A DNA stretch of 59,774 nt from a virus. The notes under the pieces are model-generated. The model did no database searches and was not told where the DNA came from. It was given only the letters and a program-made list of their open reading frames with translations. The stretch lies in the IMG/VR virus record IMGVR_UViG_3300024259_000034; one strand, given 5' to 3'. The position numbers were made by a program, and so were the translations under genes. Numbering within the stretch: position 1 is the first letter of the stretch; each line of letters starts with the position of its first letter. Positions 7,204 to 16,606 of the stretch are shown here, piece by piece.

Positions 7204-8554
7204 CGGCTTTAACGTGTTTGGATTCTTTTTGCACCCATATCTTCAGACCATCCTCGGGGGTATCAAATATCTTATCCCGGTTCTGGTAGATTAGGCAGAA
7301 TTTGTAGTCGCTCGTTTTGTCCTCTTCTCGCTTTGCCAGTTTGAACAAACTCCGGTATTTCATCGACATCGGATTGTTGCTGAAGATCCGTGTCGTGAAT
7401 CCGGTATGCTCCCACATGATTTTGTCGTTGATGATCTTGATTACCTGCTTATTACAGATCAGGTACAACACCAATTTGCTCAACCTTTTGTACCTGCTCG
7501 TCGGAGCTGCGGGATCACTGTTGATGATCATTAGCTCACTTCCGAATTTCAGGCTATCGGCAAGCTGCACCATCCCGATCAGTTTCTCGTCCACCATGAT
7601 CAGGAAACAATATCCGCTGTCCGTCATCTGGGCCTTCTTTGTCCACATCATTCGATAATGATTACCGACTGCTGACGGCTGCTCAATAATCTCAACCTTT
7701 GACTTCTCGGTGATCACATCATCCTTCCCGATAATCCGGATGTTTTTCACGATCTCTTTCAATGGGCTCCATCGACCAACAAACTTCTGGAAATACTCGT
7801 TCGAGTACAGGCAATAATTGCCTCCCCATTTGTAGGTATACCGATAAACTTCTTCCAGTTCCTCAGGGGGAATCACAGGATTATTCGTTCGCCAGTAAAC
7901 CATGCAACCTTTGTACGATAAATCCTTCAGATGTGCTTCTTTGATTTCCTCTGTTATTTCAGTATATCCCACTGAATCAAAATCCAGACAGTCCTCCATC
8001 GCAGCATACATCTTTTCGTAATCTCCCAGGATCACCGGGGGATCGTAGAACACAAAATCACCTTTCTTACAATCCGGCAGAATATCACATGCGTCGACAC
8101 CGTAAAACTTGAATTTCGACTCGGCTTTAAACTGTTTCAGTTTCTCCAGAATCTTCCCGAAATACATCTCCTGCAGATCGATTGCCTCGTCATACATATT
8201 CTGGTAATACTGGATCTTCCCTTTCTTTAGCATTGCTGGAGCGACCTCTGTAAAAAAGATCACAATCGCTGCTTTCTCAAGTGGATCCTCTTTGCCGACG
8301 AGATGGGAGAAATCTTCCTGAAACTCCGATTTGATTTCCAGTTTGAAGTCCATATCATTCACTCCCAAACCAATGGCCCTGGAATAAATGCTGACATCTG
8401 TGCTGTGGATTTCTGCGGTAGGACAGGCCTTGTAAGCGATTTGCTCGACAACGAAATTACCGGCAAATGGAATATAGACCCTTTTGGGTGAGTGCTGTTT
8501 TAACTCTTTGAAAAGATACTGCGAGATAACCTGTGGCGTGGTTCCAAAAAACAT
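7196..8554 (-). CDS. DNA N6-adenine methyltransferase (Dam/D12-like) with an extra ~200-aa C-terminal domain
   Basis: Motif I-like YIPFAGNFVVE and motif IV FYDPPV. The C-terminal half has no motif I recognise. Confidence 0.6.
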   Translation of the reverse strand: MFFGTTPQVISQYLFKELKQHSPKRVYIPFAGNFVVEQIAYKACPTAEIHSTDVSIYSRAIGLGVNDMDFKLEIKSEFQEDFSHLVGKEDPLEKAAIVIFFTEVAPAMLKKGKIQYYQNMYDEAIDLQEMYFGKILEKLKQFKAESKFKFYGVDACDILPDCKKGDFVFYDPPVILGDYEKMYAAMEDCLDFDSVGYTEITEEIKEAHLKDLSYKGCMVYWRTNNPVIPPEELEEVYRYTYKWGGNYCLYSNEYFQKFVGRWSPLKEIVKNIRIIGKDDVITEKSKVEIIEQPSAVGNHYRMMWTKKAQMTDSGYCFLIMVDEKLIGMVQLADSLKFGSELMIINSDPAAPTSRYKRLSKLVLYLICNKQVIKIINDKIMWEHTGFTTRIFSNNPMSMKYRSLFKLAKREEDKTSDYKFCLIYQNRDKIFDTPEDGLKIWVQKESKHVKADG

Positions 8555-8566
8555 GATCCCCTAAGT

Positions 8567-8639
8567 TGGAGCGCCATTCCGGAGTTGAACCGTGTCTCCT
8601 TGCTGGAAGCAAGTCGCTCTGACGTTGAGCTATAGGCGC
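8567..8639 (-). tRNA. non-canonical tRNA-like element, possible tRNA-Gly(UCC)
   Basis: 73 nt within an 89-nt gap. D arm GCTC/GAGC. Anticodon stem CTTG/CAAG with loop CTTCCAG (U33, anticodon UCC, A37). T-loop TTCAACT. CCA is encoded. However, the acceptor stem has only 5 Watson-Crick pairs and the T stem only 3. Confidence 0.4.
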
Positions 8640-8643
8640 TTAT

Positions 8644-8940
8644 TCACTCGTTATCGGATCGGAGACCATCGAAGAGACCTTGCATCGCTGCAACAATTAT
8701 CATATCCAAGAATCCAATAAGCCAAGGCTCAAACGTGCTGTTCCAAAATGCCTTGGTATATTTCCATTTGATAAAAAATCCTGAGATCCCGGCTCCAATC
8801 GCAAAAAAGACTTTGTGGATCTTGTCTCTGATCGTTTCTGTCGGAACCTTTTTCAAGATCCAAGTCAGAATGACCACCCCAATGCTGCCTCCAATCGAAA
8901 CAGCTAGATGAGACATTATCCAGGCTGTAATAATTTCCAT
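8644..8940 (-). CDS. membrane protein (about 3 TM segments; holin candidate)
   Basis: 98-aa ORF with three hydrophobic segments. Confidence 0.5.
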   Translation of the reverse strand: MEIITAWIMSHLAVSIGGSIGVVILTWILKKVPTETIRDKIHKVFFAIGAGISGFFIKWKYTKAFWNSTFEPWLIGFLDMIIVAAMQGLFDGLRSDNE

Positions 8941-8971
8941 GCTAACCTCCTTTAAAAATTAAGTAAAGACT

Positions 8972-9199
8972 TCAGCATTTCCAAACAGCACTCCAAATGA
9001 ATTTGAATACTTCAAAAGAGAATAGCAAGAACATAAACACAGCACCCACTATGATGACATAAGTGACTGTGCCTCTGTTCACTCGCTTCTGTTTGACCAC
9101 AAGATGTGTGACCACCATGAAAAGCGCAATCATCACCAGCCATGTCTGGGGAACTCCCTCAAGCATGGTTGTGATCTGGCCTATCAGTTCAGTTGGCAT
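8972..9199 (-). CDS. membrane protein (2 TM segments; holin candidate)
   Basis: 75-aa ORF with two hydrophobic helices separated by KQKRVNRG. Confidence 0.5.
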   Translation of the reverse strand: MPTELIGQITTMLEGVPQTWLVMIALFMVVTHLVVKQKRVNRGTVTYVIIVGAVFMFLLFSFEVFKFIWSAVWKC

Positions 9200-9541
9200 C
9201 TATGCCTTTGGGAACTCATCTTTCACTGCTTTGATAGCCAGATACCAGCTGGATGACTTGGCTGCTGTGCTGACTTTTCCTTCATCAATATCATGCCAGA
9301 GCAAATCTAATTGCTCAACGATTGGTGGGTATTCCCCAGCTCTCAATCTTTGGTACTCAATGGAGGCCATGTGGCTTTCATACTCAACTATCCATTGAGC
9401 CTGCTCTGTTTTTGTCGGTTGCTTTCTGTCAAGATTCCAAACAGCAATGATTGGGCCTTCACCATCAGAATGATCTTCTATTTCAAAATCAGTTCCCGAC
9501 ACTACACCCAATTTAAAAGCAATTGCTAATGCTAAACTCAT
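9200..9541 (-). CDS. hypothetical protein (possible fibre-assembly or XkdW-like)
   Basis: 113-aa ORF directly downstream of the fibre genes. Confidence 0.45.
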   Translation of the reverse strand: MSLALAIAFKLGVVSGTDFEIEDHSDGEGPIIAVWNLDRKQPTKTEQAQWIVEYESHMASIEYQRLRAGEYPPIVEQLDLLWHDIDEGKVSTAAKSSSWYLAIKAVKDEFPKA

Positions 9542-9549
9542 AATCCTCC

Positions 9550-10209
9550 TTATTTAATTAAGTGTCCTTGGAAGTAAGTAGTAACTGGAGCATCATCCAC
9601 ATTTTTATTTCCACCCCCAGAATTTTCCCAGATCCAAACTTCAACATAGTCAGTTGTGCCATTCATATCAATCTCACATGAACCACCTATACCACTTACC
9701 TCTGCACCAGATGCAAACAAATAACTAAGGCCTTTCACATCAGCACCATTCTTTCTAATTCTAACATAAAGAGTGGCTTGGTCTGTCTGGGCACTGATAT
9801 GAATATGTCCAGTAAATAAGTACTTACCAGCGACTGATGGCGTGTATCTATTATTAGCATCATCAAAATCACCCTCAGTGTCCCACTCAGCATTAGCCCC
9901 ATCAAAAGTGATTTTAGTAGAAGTGCTGGCAGCAATTGATTGATCTCCAGAATTATTCTTATTTACACTGAACCCAACGTAATCCAAACCAGCATTTCTG
10001 GCATACATTGCATCTAAAGCAGCAAGCAACTGGACACCTGTCTCAGTGGATGCTGTTTTCAAAGTCAAACCAGCATCTTCAATCACAGTGACAAGTTCCT
10101 TTTGAACAGCATTCAACCAATCTTCCTCCACCGTAGTGCCTGGAGGACCATCGGTGAATTCCTTTTTTCCGCCGACTTCGGCATAATTTGCGCCTTCTGT
10201 TCTGTGCAT
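9550..10209 (-). CDS. tail fibre protein with C1q/TNF-like C-terminal domain
   Basis: The N-terminus (PPGTTVEEDWLNAVQKELVTVIEDAGL) is a common fibre motif. The C-terminus (GKYLFTGHIHIS...IRKNG...DYVEVWIWE...TYFQGHLIK) fits the C1q jelly-roll pattern. Confidence 0.6.
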   Translation of the reverse strand: MHRTEGANYAEVGGKKEFTDGPPGTTVEEDWLNAVQKELVTVIEDAGLTLKTASTETGVQLLAALDAMYARNAGLDYVGFSVNKNNSGDQSIAASTSTKITFDGANAEWDTEGDFDDANNRYTPSVAGKYLFTGHIHISAQTDQATLYVRIRKNGADVKGLSYLFASGAEVSGIGGSCEIDMNGTTDYVEVWIWENSGGGNKNVDDAPVTTYFQGHLIK

Positions 10210-10218
10210 TTATACCCC

Positions 10219-10803
10219 CTATGCGGTAATTGTCCATGCAGGATCAAACCGATAAACATCAGTCAATGAAGTGGTATGGGCGCTTCCTTCTGGTTCAGGA
10301 AAGCCAACATGCAATCTGGCAACCCCTGTCGGTGCTGCGGAAGCGATAGAACCGGCGTTGCCTGATATCAGCCACATCCCACCAATTTGCTGCCCGGAAA
10401 GGACATCGGACAAATCAGCATTCTTGACAAGTCCTCTTGCCAAAATCGTAATCTCTGTACTGGCTACAGTAACAGAATTCAATGCCAAAGCTGCCCTGAA
10501 TATGCTGGTTGTAGCGCCACTGAAGATCGCCTTGCTCCAAGTCCCGGATTGGGTCTGCATCAAAATATTCCCGAATGAACAGGTATCATCAACATTCTGA
10601 GAATAAAGTTTCCATCCCCTAGAATCCTTATCCCCGCTCAATTGTTGGGCATCCTCTCTCTTCCAAAAATCTCCGACATATGCAAATTCTGCCGGCATCA
10701 CACTAACCAGGAAATCACGCAAATCTTGGGCGCTGATTTGTCCGGTCACGTTGTCTGCAAATAGCGTTATTAACGCCGCTCTCGTTCTTTCTGTATCTGC
10801 CAT
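10219..10803 (-). CDS. tail fibre / baseplate-distal protein
   Basis: 194-aa ORF lying between the gp48-like gene and the fibre gene. Confidence 0.45.
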   Translation of the reverse strand: MADTERTRAALITLFADNVTGQISAQDLRDFLVSVMPAEFAYVGDFWKREDAQQLSGDKDSRGWKLYSQNVDDTCSFGNILMQTQSGTWSKAIFSGATTSIFRAALALNSVTVASTEITILARGLVKNADLSDVLSGQQIGGMWLISGNAGSIASAAPTGVARLHVGFPEPEGSAHTTSLTDVYRFDPAWTITA

Positions 10804-10813
10804 GATAAATCTC

Positions 10814-11605
10814 CTAAGTTAATGGATAAACCCCAAAATCTGTTTCTTCAAAAGCCTTCGTGTAAGCCACATTACGCGCTTTATTGAAAGCCTCACTCCA
10901 ATCATCCCAACCATAATCACCCTCAAGATGTTCTGGCGTATCAGATTGATATGAATTAAAACTGCTATCGAATCCGTAACCAAACTCAGGCCCGACAATC
11001 GAATGAATCACTATCGTATGCGCCGGTTTGTAAAGCTCGGCATAACAAAATACTGCCTCCAATAGATCAGTAATTTTCGCTAGTGGATCTCCGGAAGATC
11101 CCTCTCCGGATAAAAAATAAATTACATCTCCTGAATAGACGATATTAAAAGACCAATAAAACAAATTAATCTGATCACCGCACGGATCTCCCGCACCCAT
11201 AAGCCCACACCAAAAAGGCTCAAATTCTGTTATCGTTGCCGTGAAGCCCAACCTCTCTGCTATTTCAATAAAATAACCCTTGTCCTGCTGTCCAACGGCA
11301 AGCAATTTTGAATTCGCCCTCAATTGCCTTTCTGTCAAAGTTAAATTAGGAAAAAATGGTACTCCCCCAACCAGACATCCTTCTGGCAAACCCAAATCCT
11401 CTTCATGTTCTTCGATCAATTCGACAGTTGTCAGGGTATCACGCTCGGTGTGTAAGTCCTGTATTCTGTCATCGACCCTAGCCAATTCAAGCGATTGACC
11501 GTCAAAATATTCATACAATCTTGATCCGACTGCCTTGCTCCATGCCTTACCTCTCGGCAATAAAGACAGAAGTAAATTTCTATAATCAGCGGATTCTCTG
11601 GCCAT
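10814..11605 (-). CDS. baseplate protein, Mu gp48 / DUF2313-like
   Basis: YRNLLLSLLPRGKAWSK...LIEEHEEDLGLP matches the DUF2313 N-terminal pattern. Confidence 0.65.
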   Translation of the reverse strand: MARESADYRNLLLSLLPRGKAWSKAVGSRLYEYFDGQSLELARVDDRIQDLHTERDTLTTVELIEEHEEDLGLPEGCLVGGVPFFPNLTLTERQLRANSKLLAVGQQDKGYFIEIAERLGFTATITEFEPFWCGLMGAGDPCGDQINLFYWSFNIVYSGDVIYFLSGEGSSGDPLAKITDLLEAVFCYAELYKPAHTIVIHSIVGPEFGYGFDSSFNSYQSDTPEHLEGDYGWDDWSEAFNKARNVAYTKAFEETDFGVYPLT

Positions 11606-12720
11606 TAATAGCTGTCAAATGTGATTGTTCCCAAAACATGCACTTCGGTATTCGTCGCCACAATATCAGCTCCAGGTAAATCGATTCTCAATCTTTCGAG
11701 ATTCGCAGCGTCACCGATCATGAAATAAAGGTCAGACAAATAAACAGTTTCACCAGGACCGCCGTAAAGTTCTAAGGCATCCTGCACTTTTGTCGTTACC
11801 GCAGCCTGAATAGTTGTATTATTCGGATAAATCGCGAGAGTCAAATCGACTTCTTTTTCTACAAACGTCTGGCCGTCATTGTATCCGATAATAAAAAATC
11901 CAGGTTCAGCAGTTACCGGAATCCCGACAGTTTTTCCGGTAACTGGATCTTCGTGACTGATAACATAATCATAAACAGCTTTCATCTCTGTCGCGTCAGG
12001 AATAATCGAAGTATCCTCATCTCTTACAAAAGCTAATCCGACTGTCCCGACTCCAAAATACAATGGGAATGACCATGCTCTCGTTACTCCGGATACTTCT
12101 TTTGCCCAAGTTTCGTAATCGTGTTCAGCCCCTCCGTGTGGAGGACTCCTTTTTCTTGCGAGTAATCTATCCCGCCAATCTTCAATATCTTCTTCATCCA
12201 ATCCACCAGAAATTCCGTTTGCGCTAACCGTGGCAGTAGCATCAACCCCTGAAATTGGAGACACAAACGATAAACTTATTCCACCATCATCATTTGCATC
12301 GACTCCAGCATCCGAGGCAGTAAAAGCTAAAGTTCCTGCGCCTAAAGCATCTAAGGTCACAGCAGCGTCAGTAATATAAACTTGGCCTTCGTCAGATTCC
12401 AATTCTGTTTCTGCGGGGATAGTCGTAGCAGCAGTACCCGTCGCCGCGCATGTGCCGGTTGCTTTGACCGCGGCCTCTCTGTCCATTCCGTATTCAGTCC
12501 CATGTTTTATTAATCCATATTCATCGGCTGACAGGATAAAAAATTGCTTGGCTTCGTAATCCATGTATCCATAAATCAGATGAATGGCTCCAGCGTGAAC
12601 CTTTGCTAAAACACTCAAGACCGACCTTCTGAGCAGGGTATTTGCCCCCGTTATTCGGGTTTGAAGATCAGATTGTATCCGATTAAATATCGTGGTCAGT
12701 GTTGGTCTATCGAAAGGCAT
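11605..12720 (-). CDS. baseplate J-like protein (Mu gp47)
   Basis: 372 codons, in the expected position and with Baseplate_J-like sequence. Start set at MPFDRPTL. Confidence 0.7.
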   Translation of the reverse strand: MPFDRPTLTTIFNRIQSDLQTRITGANTLLRRSVLSVLAKVHAGAIHLIYGYMDYEAKQFFILSADEYGLIKHGTEYGMDREAAVKATGTCAATGTAATTIPAETELESDEGQVYITDAAVTLDALGAGTLAFTASDAGVDANDDGGISLSFVSPISGVDATATVSANGISGGLDEEDIEDWRDRLLARKRSPPHGGAEHDYETWAKEVSGVTRAWSFPLYFGVGTVGLAFVRDEDTSIIPDATEMKAVYDYVISHEDPVTGKTVGIPVTAEPGFFIIGYNDGQTFVEKEVDLTLAIYPNNTTIQAAVTTKVQDALELYGGPGETVYLSDLYFMIGDAANLERLRIDLPGADIVATNTEVHVLGTITFDSY

Positions 12721-12721
12721 A

Positions 12722-13180
12722 CTATGTCTCCATCCATTCAAGATCAAATCTCAGATTTTCTACAGTGTCATCGCTTTTATAAATGTCAGCTTGGAAATAA
12801 ACTCTTCCGTCATCTTTTCTTTCGACTGTTACCTGGATGTCCTTTGCTACATCGTCCTCTTTCATCCATTCCAGTGATTCTAAAACGTATTGTTCCACAA
12901 GGTTGAAATCTTTATCGATCATTATTGCCCTTTCTAACAGCCAGAGCTTCGACCCTAATTTATCACCGACGACATCCGGATCTAGTATATCTCCCCAAAA
13001 TCCTCTCCTGTCAGTCGATTCAGGGTCCGGTAATTGGTCGCCAATATCCGCCCTCATGTCAGAAAATAAGCTGATAATAACTGCGGATCCTAAGCCTTCG
13101 TCCATCTCCCAATCGTTATCGGCGAAAACCATATCACCGGTCATCAGATCAGAATCCCATCTTATTTTTAGATCGCTCAT
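12722..13180 (-). CDS. baseplate protein, Mu gp46-like
   Basis: MSDLKIRWDSDLMTGDMVF...DRRGFWGD is GP46-family-like. Confidence 0.6.
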   Translation of the reverse strand: MSDLKIRWDSDLMTGDMVFADNDWEMDEGLGSAVIISLFSDMRADIGDQLPDPESTDRRGFWGDILDPDVVGDKLGSKLWLLERAIMIDKDFNLVEQYVLESLEWMKEDDVAKDIQVTVERKDDGRVYFQADIYKSDDTVENLRFDLEWMET

Positions 13181-13392
13181 GATAAAATCAATGCATTATG
13201 GGTGTTACCAGCCGGAGCATCAACCCCACTGATTGCCGCATTAGTTGTATAAGTATTGATCGCATCTCCGATGGAATTCGCTAACGTCGTCATAGCAGCA
13301 TCAAAATTAGAGGGATCCGTTTCTGTTTTGGCCACCAAAAAAGCTGCCTTGATATCTGCTTTTAAGGTTGCAAGTTGCGCTGCGAGGCTCAT
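13177..13392 (-). CDS. hypothetical small baseplate-region protein
   Basis: 71-aa ORF with an ATGA overlap. Confidence 0.45.
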   Translation of the reverse strand: MSLAAQLATLKADIKAAFLVAKTETDPSNFDAAMTTLANSIGDAINTYTTNAAISGVDAPAGNTHNALILS

Positions 13393-13995
13393 CTAAATAC
13401 TCCCTTTTATTTCTGCAAGTTCAGATTTGATCGTTGCCGTTGCATTTATGATAGGCGTAATTAACGCACTATTACTCGGCGGTCCAGTAGGTCCACCACC
13501 ATTACTAAACGTAATTGTGTCTTTTGCGAAATCTAAAAGTTTATCAAATTCGTCTATTAATCTGTCAAACATATCAAGTAGTTCCCTGCCCGATGTCTTA
13601 TTCCCGATAGCCATTTTCCCGGATTGAAACCAGACTCTCGCGCCGTCACCGTCATATAAACAAACTTCACCTTCGCTCAAATCCGTGGGTCTCAAAGTTT
13701 TGTCCTGAATAACAACAACACACGCATTTTCGCGGTTCCCATTCAGAAAAGCGGCCAGAGCTTCAGCAGTCGTTTTCGGATAAGTCTCAAGGCCGTATTC
13801 CTGAAACCGCTCCATATCCGTCAGGATCTCTGACGACATAAATTCGGCCTGGATCCTTTGTGGATGTGAGCCTGATCTCGCTTTGAGTCCAACGGTTCCA
13901 GCGTTATTCACCCTTTTCAGCTCACCCCTGCCGACAAGCATCATAATCTTTCTTTGAACCGGAGCAATTAACCTGTAAAAATCAGATAATCTCAT
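13393..13995 (-). CDS. baseplate assembly/spike protein (Mu gp45 / gpV-like)
   Basis: Position and sequence (LVGRGELKRV...EVCLYDGDGARVWF) fit. The ATG at 13995 forms an ATGA overlap with the upstream gene. Confidence 0.6.
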   Translation of the reverse strand: MRLSDFYRLIAPVQRKIMMLVGRGELKRVNNAGTVGLKARSGSHPQRIQAEFMSSEILTDMERFQEYGLETYPKTTAEALAAFLNGNRENACVVVIQDKTLRPTDLSEGEVCLYDGDGARVWFQSGKMAIGNKTSGRELLDMFDRLIDEFDKLLDFAKDTITFSNGGGPTGPPSNSALITPIINATATIKSELAEIKGSI

Positions 13996-15200
13996 AATCG
14001 AGTAACCCACAAACCATATTTCGGCAATTCTCTTCTGTGTTTTGCGATATCTTTTTCCAGTTGAGTCGCGAAATATCCTTTTTTAAGCACTTTCCTTTGA
14101 GTGGATTTCAATTGATCAAAAGTTTCTGGCTTGACAAGTTCGAGGTTTGAGAAACTACCGGATCCGCTGTCTACAGTATTCTCGACTGAGACAATCAATC
14201 GATCCTCATCCAAGCCTAAATAGTCGTCCCTGATATGAACCAAAGCATTTATCGGCCAAGGCAGATCATTGCTTTGCGCCCATCCCTGGACTGTGATATC
14301 GACCTTCCTTGACTTCCCCGCTCTCACCCTAGCCTCCCAAGCGCATCTCGCCTGACAAGCATCTGGAGTATTCAGATTGTCATCCGTTATTACTATCGTT
14401 CGGTATCGATCGATCCCCTCATCTTCAATTTCGCCCTTTAATAACCTGGCAGGGAAAATTGATTCCCCCATTACATTTTTAGTCTTATAAACCTTGAATC
14501 GATTCCGATCTGACGCTCCTAAGGTAGCAGACAAGATATTCACGCCTCCCTCAAGGCCGTCAAACGCTAATCCAACTCCCGCTTTCCCGATAGTCAAATT
14601 ACCGTCTCCGATACTGTAAGGCAAAACGGCGTATCTTTTACATAATTTTGAGATCGAATCGAATACAGGACTACCAACATCGACAGTGAAATCCTCCATA
14701 GGATTCTTTGAATCATTCATTTCGACACTGGCATCAACGTCATGGTATTGGACATTTATTCCAAACGGATCACACAATTTTTCAAGTATTTTCCCCGCCG
14801 TTTGATTCTTAAAACTGTTTTTACCTTCAGCAAAATCGACTGAGCAATCAACCAGATCGGCAGTTTTATCGCGTCCGTCAAACGATATATTGTAACTCGA
14901 TGCAGAATAACCAAGGGGAATCTCGTCAATATATCCATCGATTATTTTTTTATCGTTCACTTTCACCTGACAAGGCGCACCCATATAAATCCCAAAATTC
15001 TCGACGACATTTTCTTTAAATTTCTGACTGACTTCAAACGAAAATTCACCAGCCATCTGAGTCATCGATCTAGTAATACTTATCGACGTAAAGTGCTGAA
15101 AACTTACACCATCGACAATAAGTTCAACTTTATCGTTGCCCAATGCTTCAGGTTTCTCAGATTGAGATGCTAAAAATCCGTCTATTAAATCAAGAGTCAT
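13992..15200 (-). CDS. baseplate hub protein (Mu gp44 P / gpD-like)
   Basis: 402 aa, in the Mu gene order downstream of the gp43-like gene. Confidence 0.6.
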   Translation of the reverse strand: MTLDLIDGFLASQSEKPEALGNDKVELIVDGVSFQHFTSISITRSMTQMAGEFSFEVSQKFKENVVENFGIYMGAPCQVKVNDKKIIDGYIDEIPLGYSASSYNISFDGRDKTADLVDCSVDFAEGKNSFKNQTAGKILEKLCDPFGINVQYHDVDASVEMNDSKNPMEDFTVDVGSPVFDSISKLCKRYAVLPYSIGDGNLTIGKAGVGLAFDGLEGGVNILSATLGASDRNRFKVYKTKNVMGESIFPARLLKGEIEDEGIDRYRTIVITDDNLNTPDACQARCAWEARVRAGKSRKVDITVQGWAQSNDLPWPINALVHIRDDYLGLDEDRLIVSVENTVDSGSGSFSNLELVKPETFDQLKSTQRKVLKKGYFATQLEKDIAKHRRELPKYGLWVTRL

Positions 15201-16606
15201 GCCGTCAGTATCCTAATGTCTTTACCTCCAGGCAAAAATCCTGGGTGCGGAATCAGTAGCGGGTTTTGTCTGATAATCTCGTTTGAACGCCCTAAATCTT
15301 CATATTGATTGTATGCGAGAGTTAAGGTGTTCTCCACATCGGGTTTTACACGATAATCCTTGCTCATTGCAAGGGTAGCCCCTAAATCTAGCATCGCTTT
15401 TACGAATACAGGCTTCAGCTCTTTTAACTTGGAATAAGTCTCATCATTTGAATATGTCACTCCCTGATTCGGGATTGTGGGATCCCCTGCTAAATCGCCA
15501 AGATATTCAACCAGATCATCTATGGCATTCGATATCAGATTCAACATTTGCTCCGCTTCGTCGTATGAATCGTATAATCCCCTAACCGCGATCATCGTAG
15601 CATTCGCTACAGCGTTGGCTCTAAACAAAGCCGTTAAATATAATTGATTCGCATAAGCCAAAGCAGAATTTTCAGATGTCACAGTAATATTCGAAACATT
15701 TCCGTCAGTGTCTCCAGTAGACGATCCAAAACTATTCATCGCGAGAGAAGCATTACAAAGCCCAAGGGCTTCATCCTTTGTCGGTTGATCTGCAGGTCTC
15801 GCTTCCGTTTCTTCGGTTACAACCTTCGACGACGTTCCGGTTGAACTCGACGATGCTCCCGCGTTAGTGTCAGAACATCTTTCAGTTATTCCCCTATCGA
15901 ATTCATCCTTCAATAATCCAGCAGCGTATTGGACTCCCTCGAATCCGCTAGTGATCGCCTGAGCTAACGCACAAGGACTATCCAAAACGGTACTCACTAA
16001 ACTGACGGCCTGACTTGTCAAAGCAGTTGACCTGGAAATGACTGCAGCCGGAAGTGATCGGATAAGCAAAATCGACGATTGTATTTGCTGCATTCCAGAA
16101 TTAATATCAGAAACAACGCCCTGAGCTTTATCCCATGCTTCGGTAAATTCATTGATTGCAGCATTTATTGTGGCCCAAGCACTCGTATCAACAACAACTT
16201 TCGATGTGGCAGCTTTTGGGTTTTTCTTGTTCCCCGCCTCTGTGAAGGACATCGAAAATCTAGCAACTCCCCCTTCCTGTATAGTCTCGTTCAATGAAAA
16301 ACTATTACAAACAACCTGCTTTTCTCCAAGGTAAGGATGATCGAGCTGGCCCTTTTTCCCCTCTTTTAAAGCCTTAATTAATTTGTCACGCTTCTTGAAA
16401 TAATTATAGAACGGCTTTTCCTGAATAATATAACCTTCGATACTGAACTGATCTGCAGATTTGCCCATGTCCTCTGCAAACGGCTCATCCTGAAAAGGAT
16501 ATTCATGAATAGCATTTCTGCGACCACCAGAATAACTGTGCGAAATTATGCTAAATTCCACATTCCTGAATTTCGCTGGTATCAAACTGTCACGCCATGA
16601 AAGCAT
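15197..16606 (-). CDS. Mu gp43-like DNA circulation protein
   Basis: The N-terminus WRDSLIPAKFRNVEFSIISHSYSGGRRNAIHEYPFQDEPFAEDMG matches the DNA_circ_N pattern. Confidence 0.75.
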   Translation of the reverse strand: MLSWRDSLIPAKFRNVEFSIISHSYSGGRRNAIHEYPFQDEPFAEDMGKSADQFSIEGYIIQEKPFYNYFKKRDKLIKALKEGKKGQLDHPYLGEKQVVCNSFSLNETIQEGGVARFSMSFTEAGNKKNPKAATSKVVVDTSAWATINAAINEFTEAWDKAQGVVSDINSGMQQIQSSILLIRSLPAAVISRSTALTSQAVSLVSTVLDSPCALAQAITSGFEGVQYAAGLLKDEFDRGITERCSDTNAGASSSSTGTSSKVVTEETEARPADQPTKDEALGLCNASLAMNSFGSSTGDTDGNVSNITVTSENSALAYANQLYLTALFRANAVANATMIAVRGLYDSYDEAEQMLNLISNAIDDLVEYLGDLAGDPTIPNQGVTYSNDETYSKLKELKPVFVKAMLDLGATLAMSKDYRVKPDVENTLTLAYNQYEDLGRSNEIIRQNPLLIPHPGFLPGGKDIRILTA

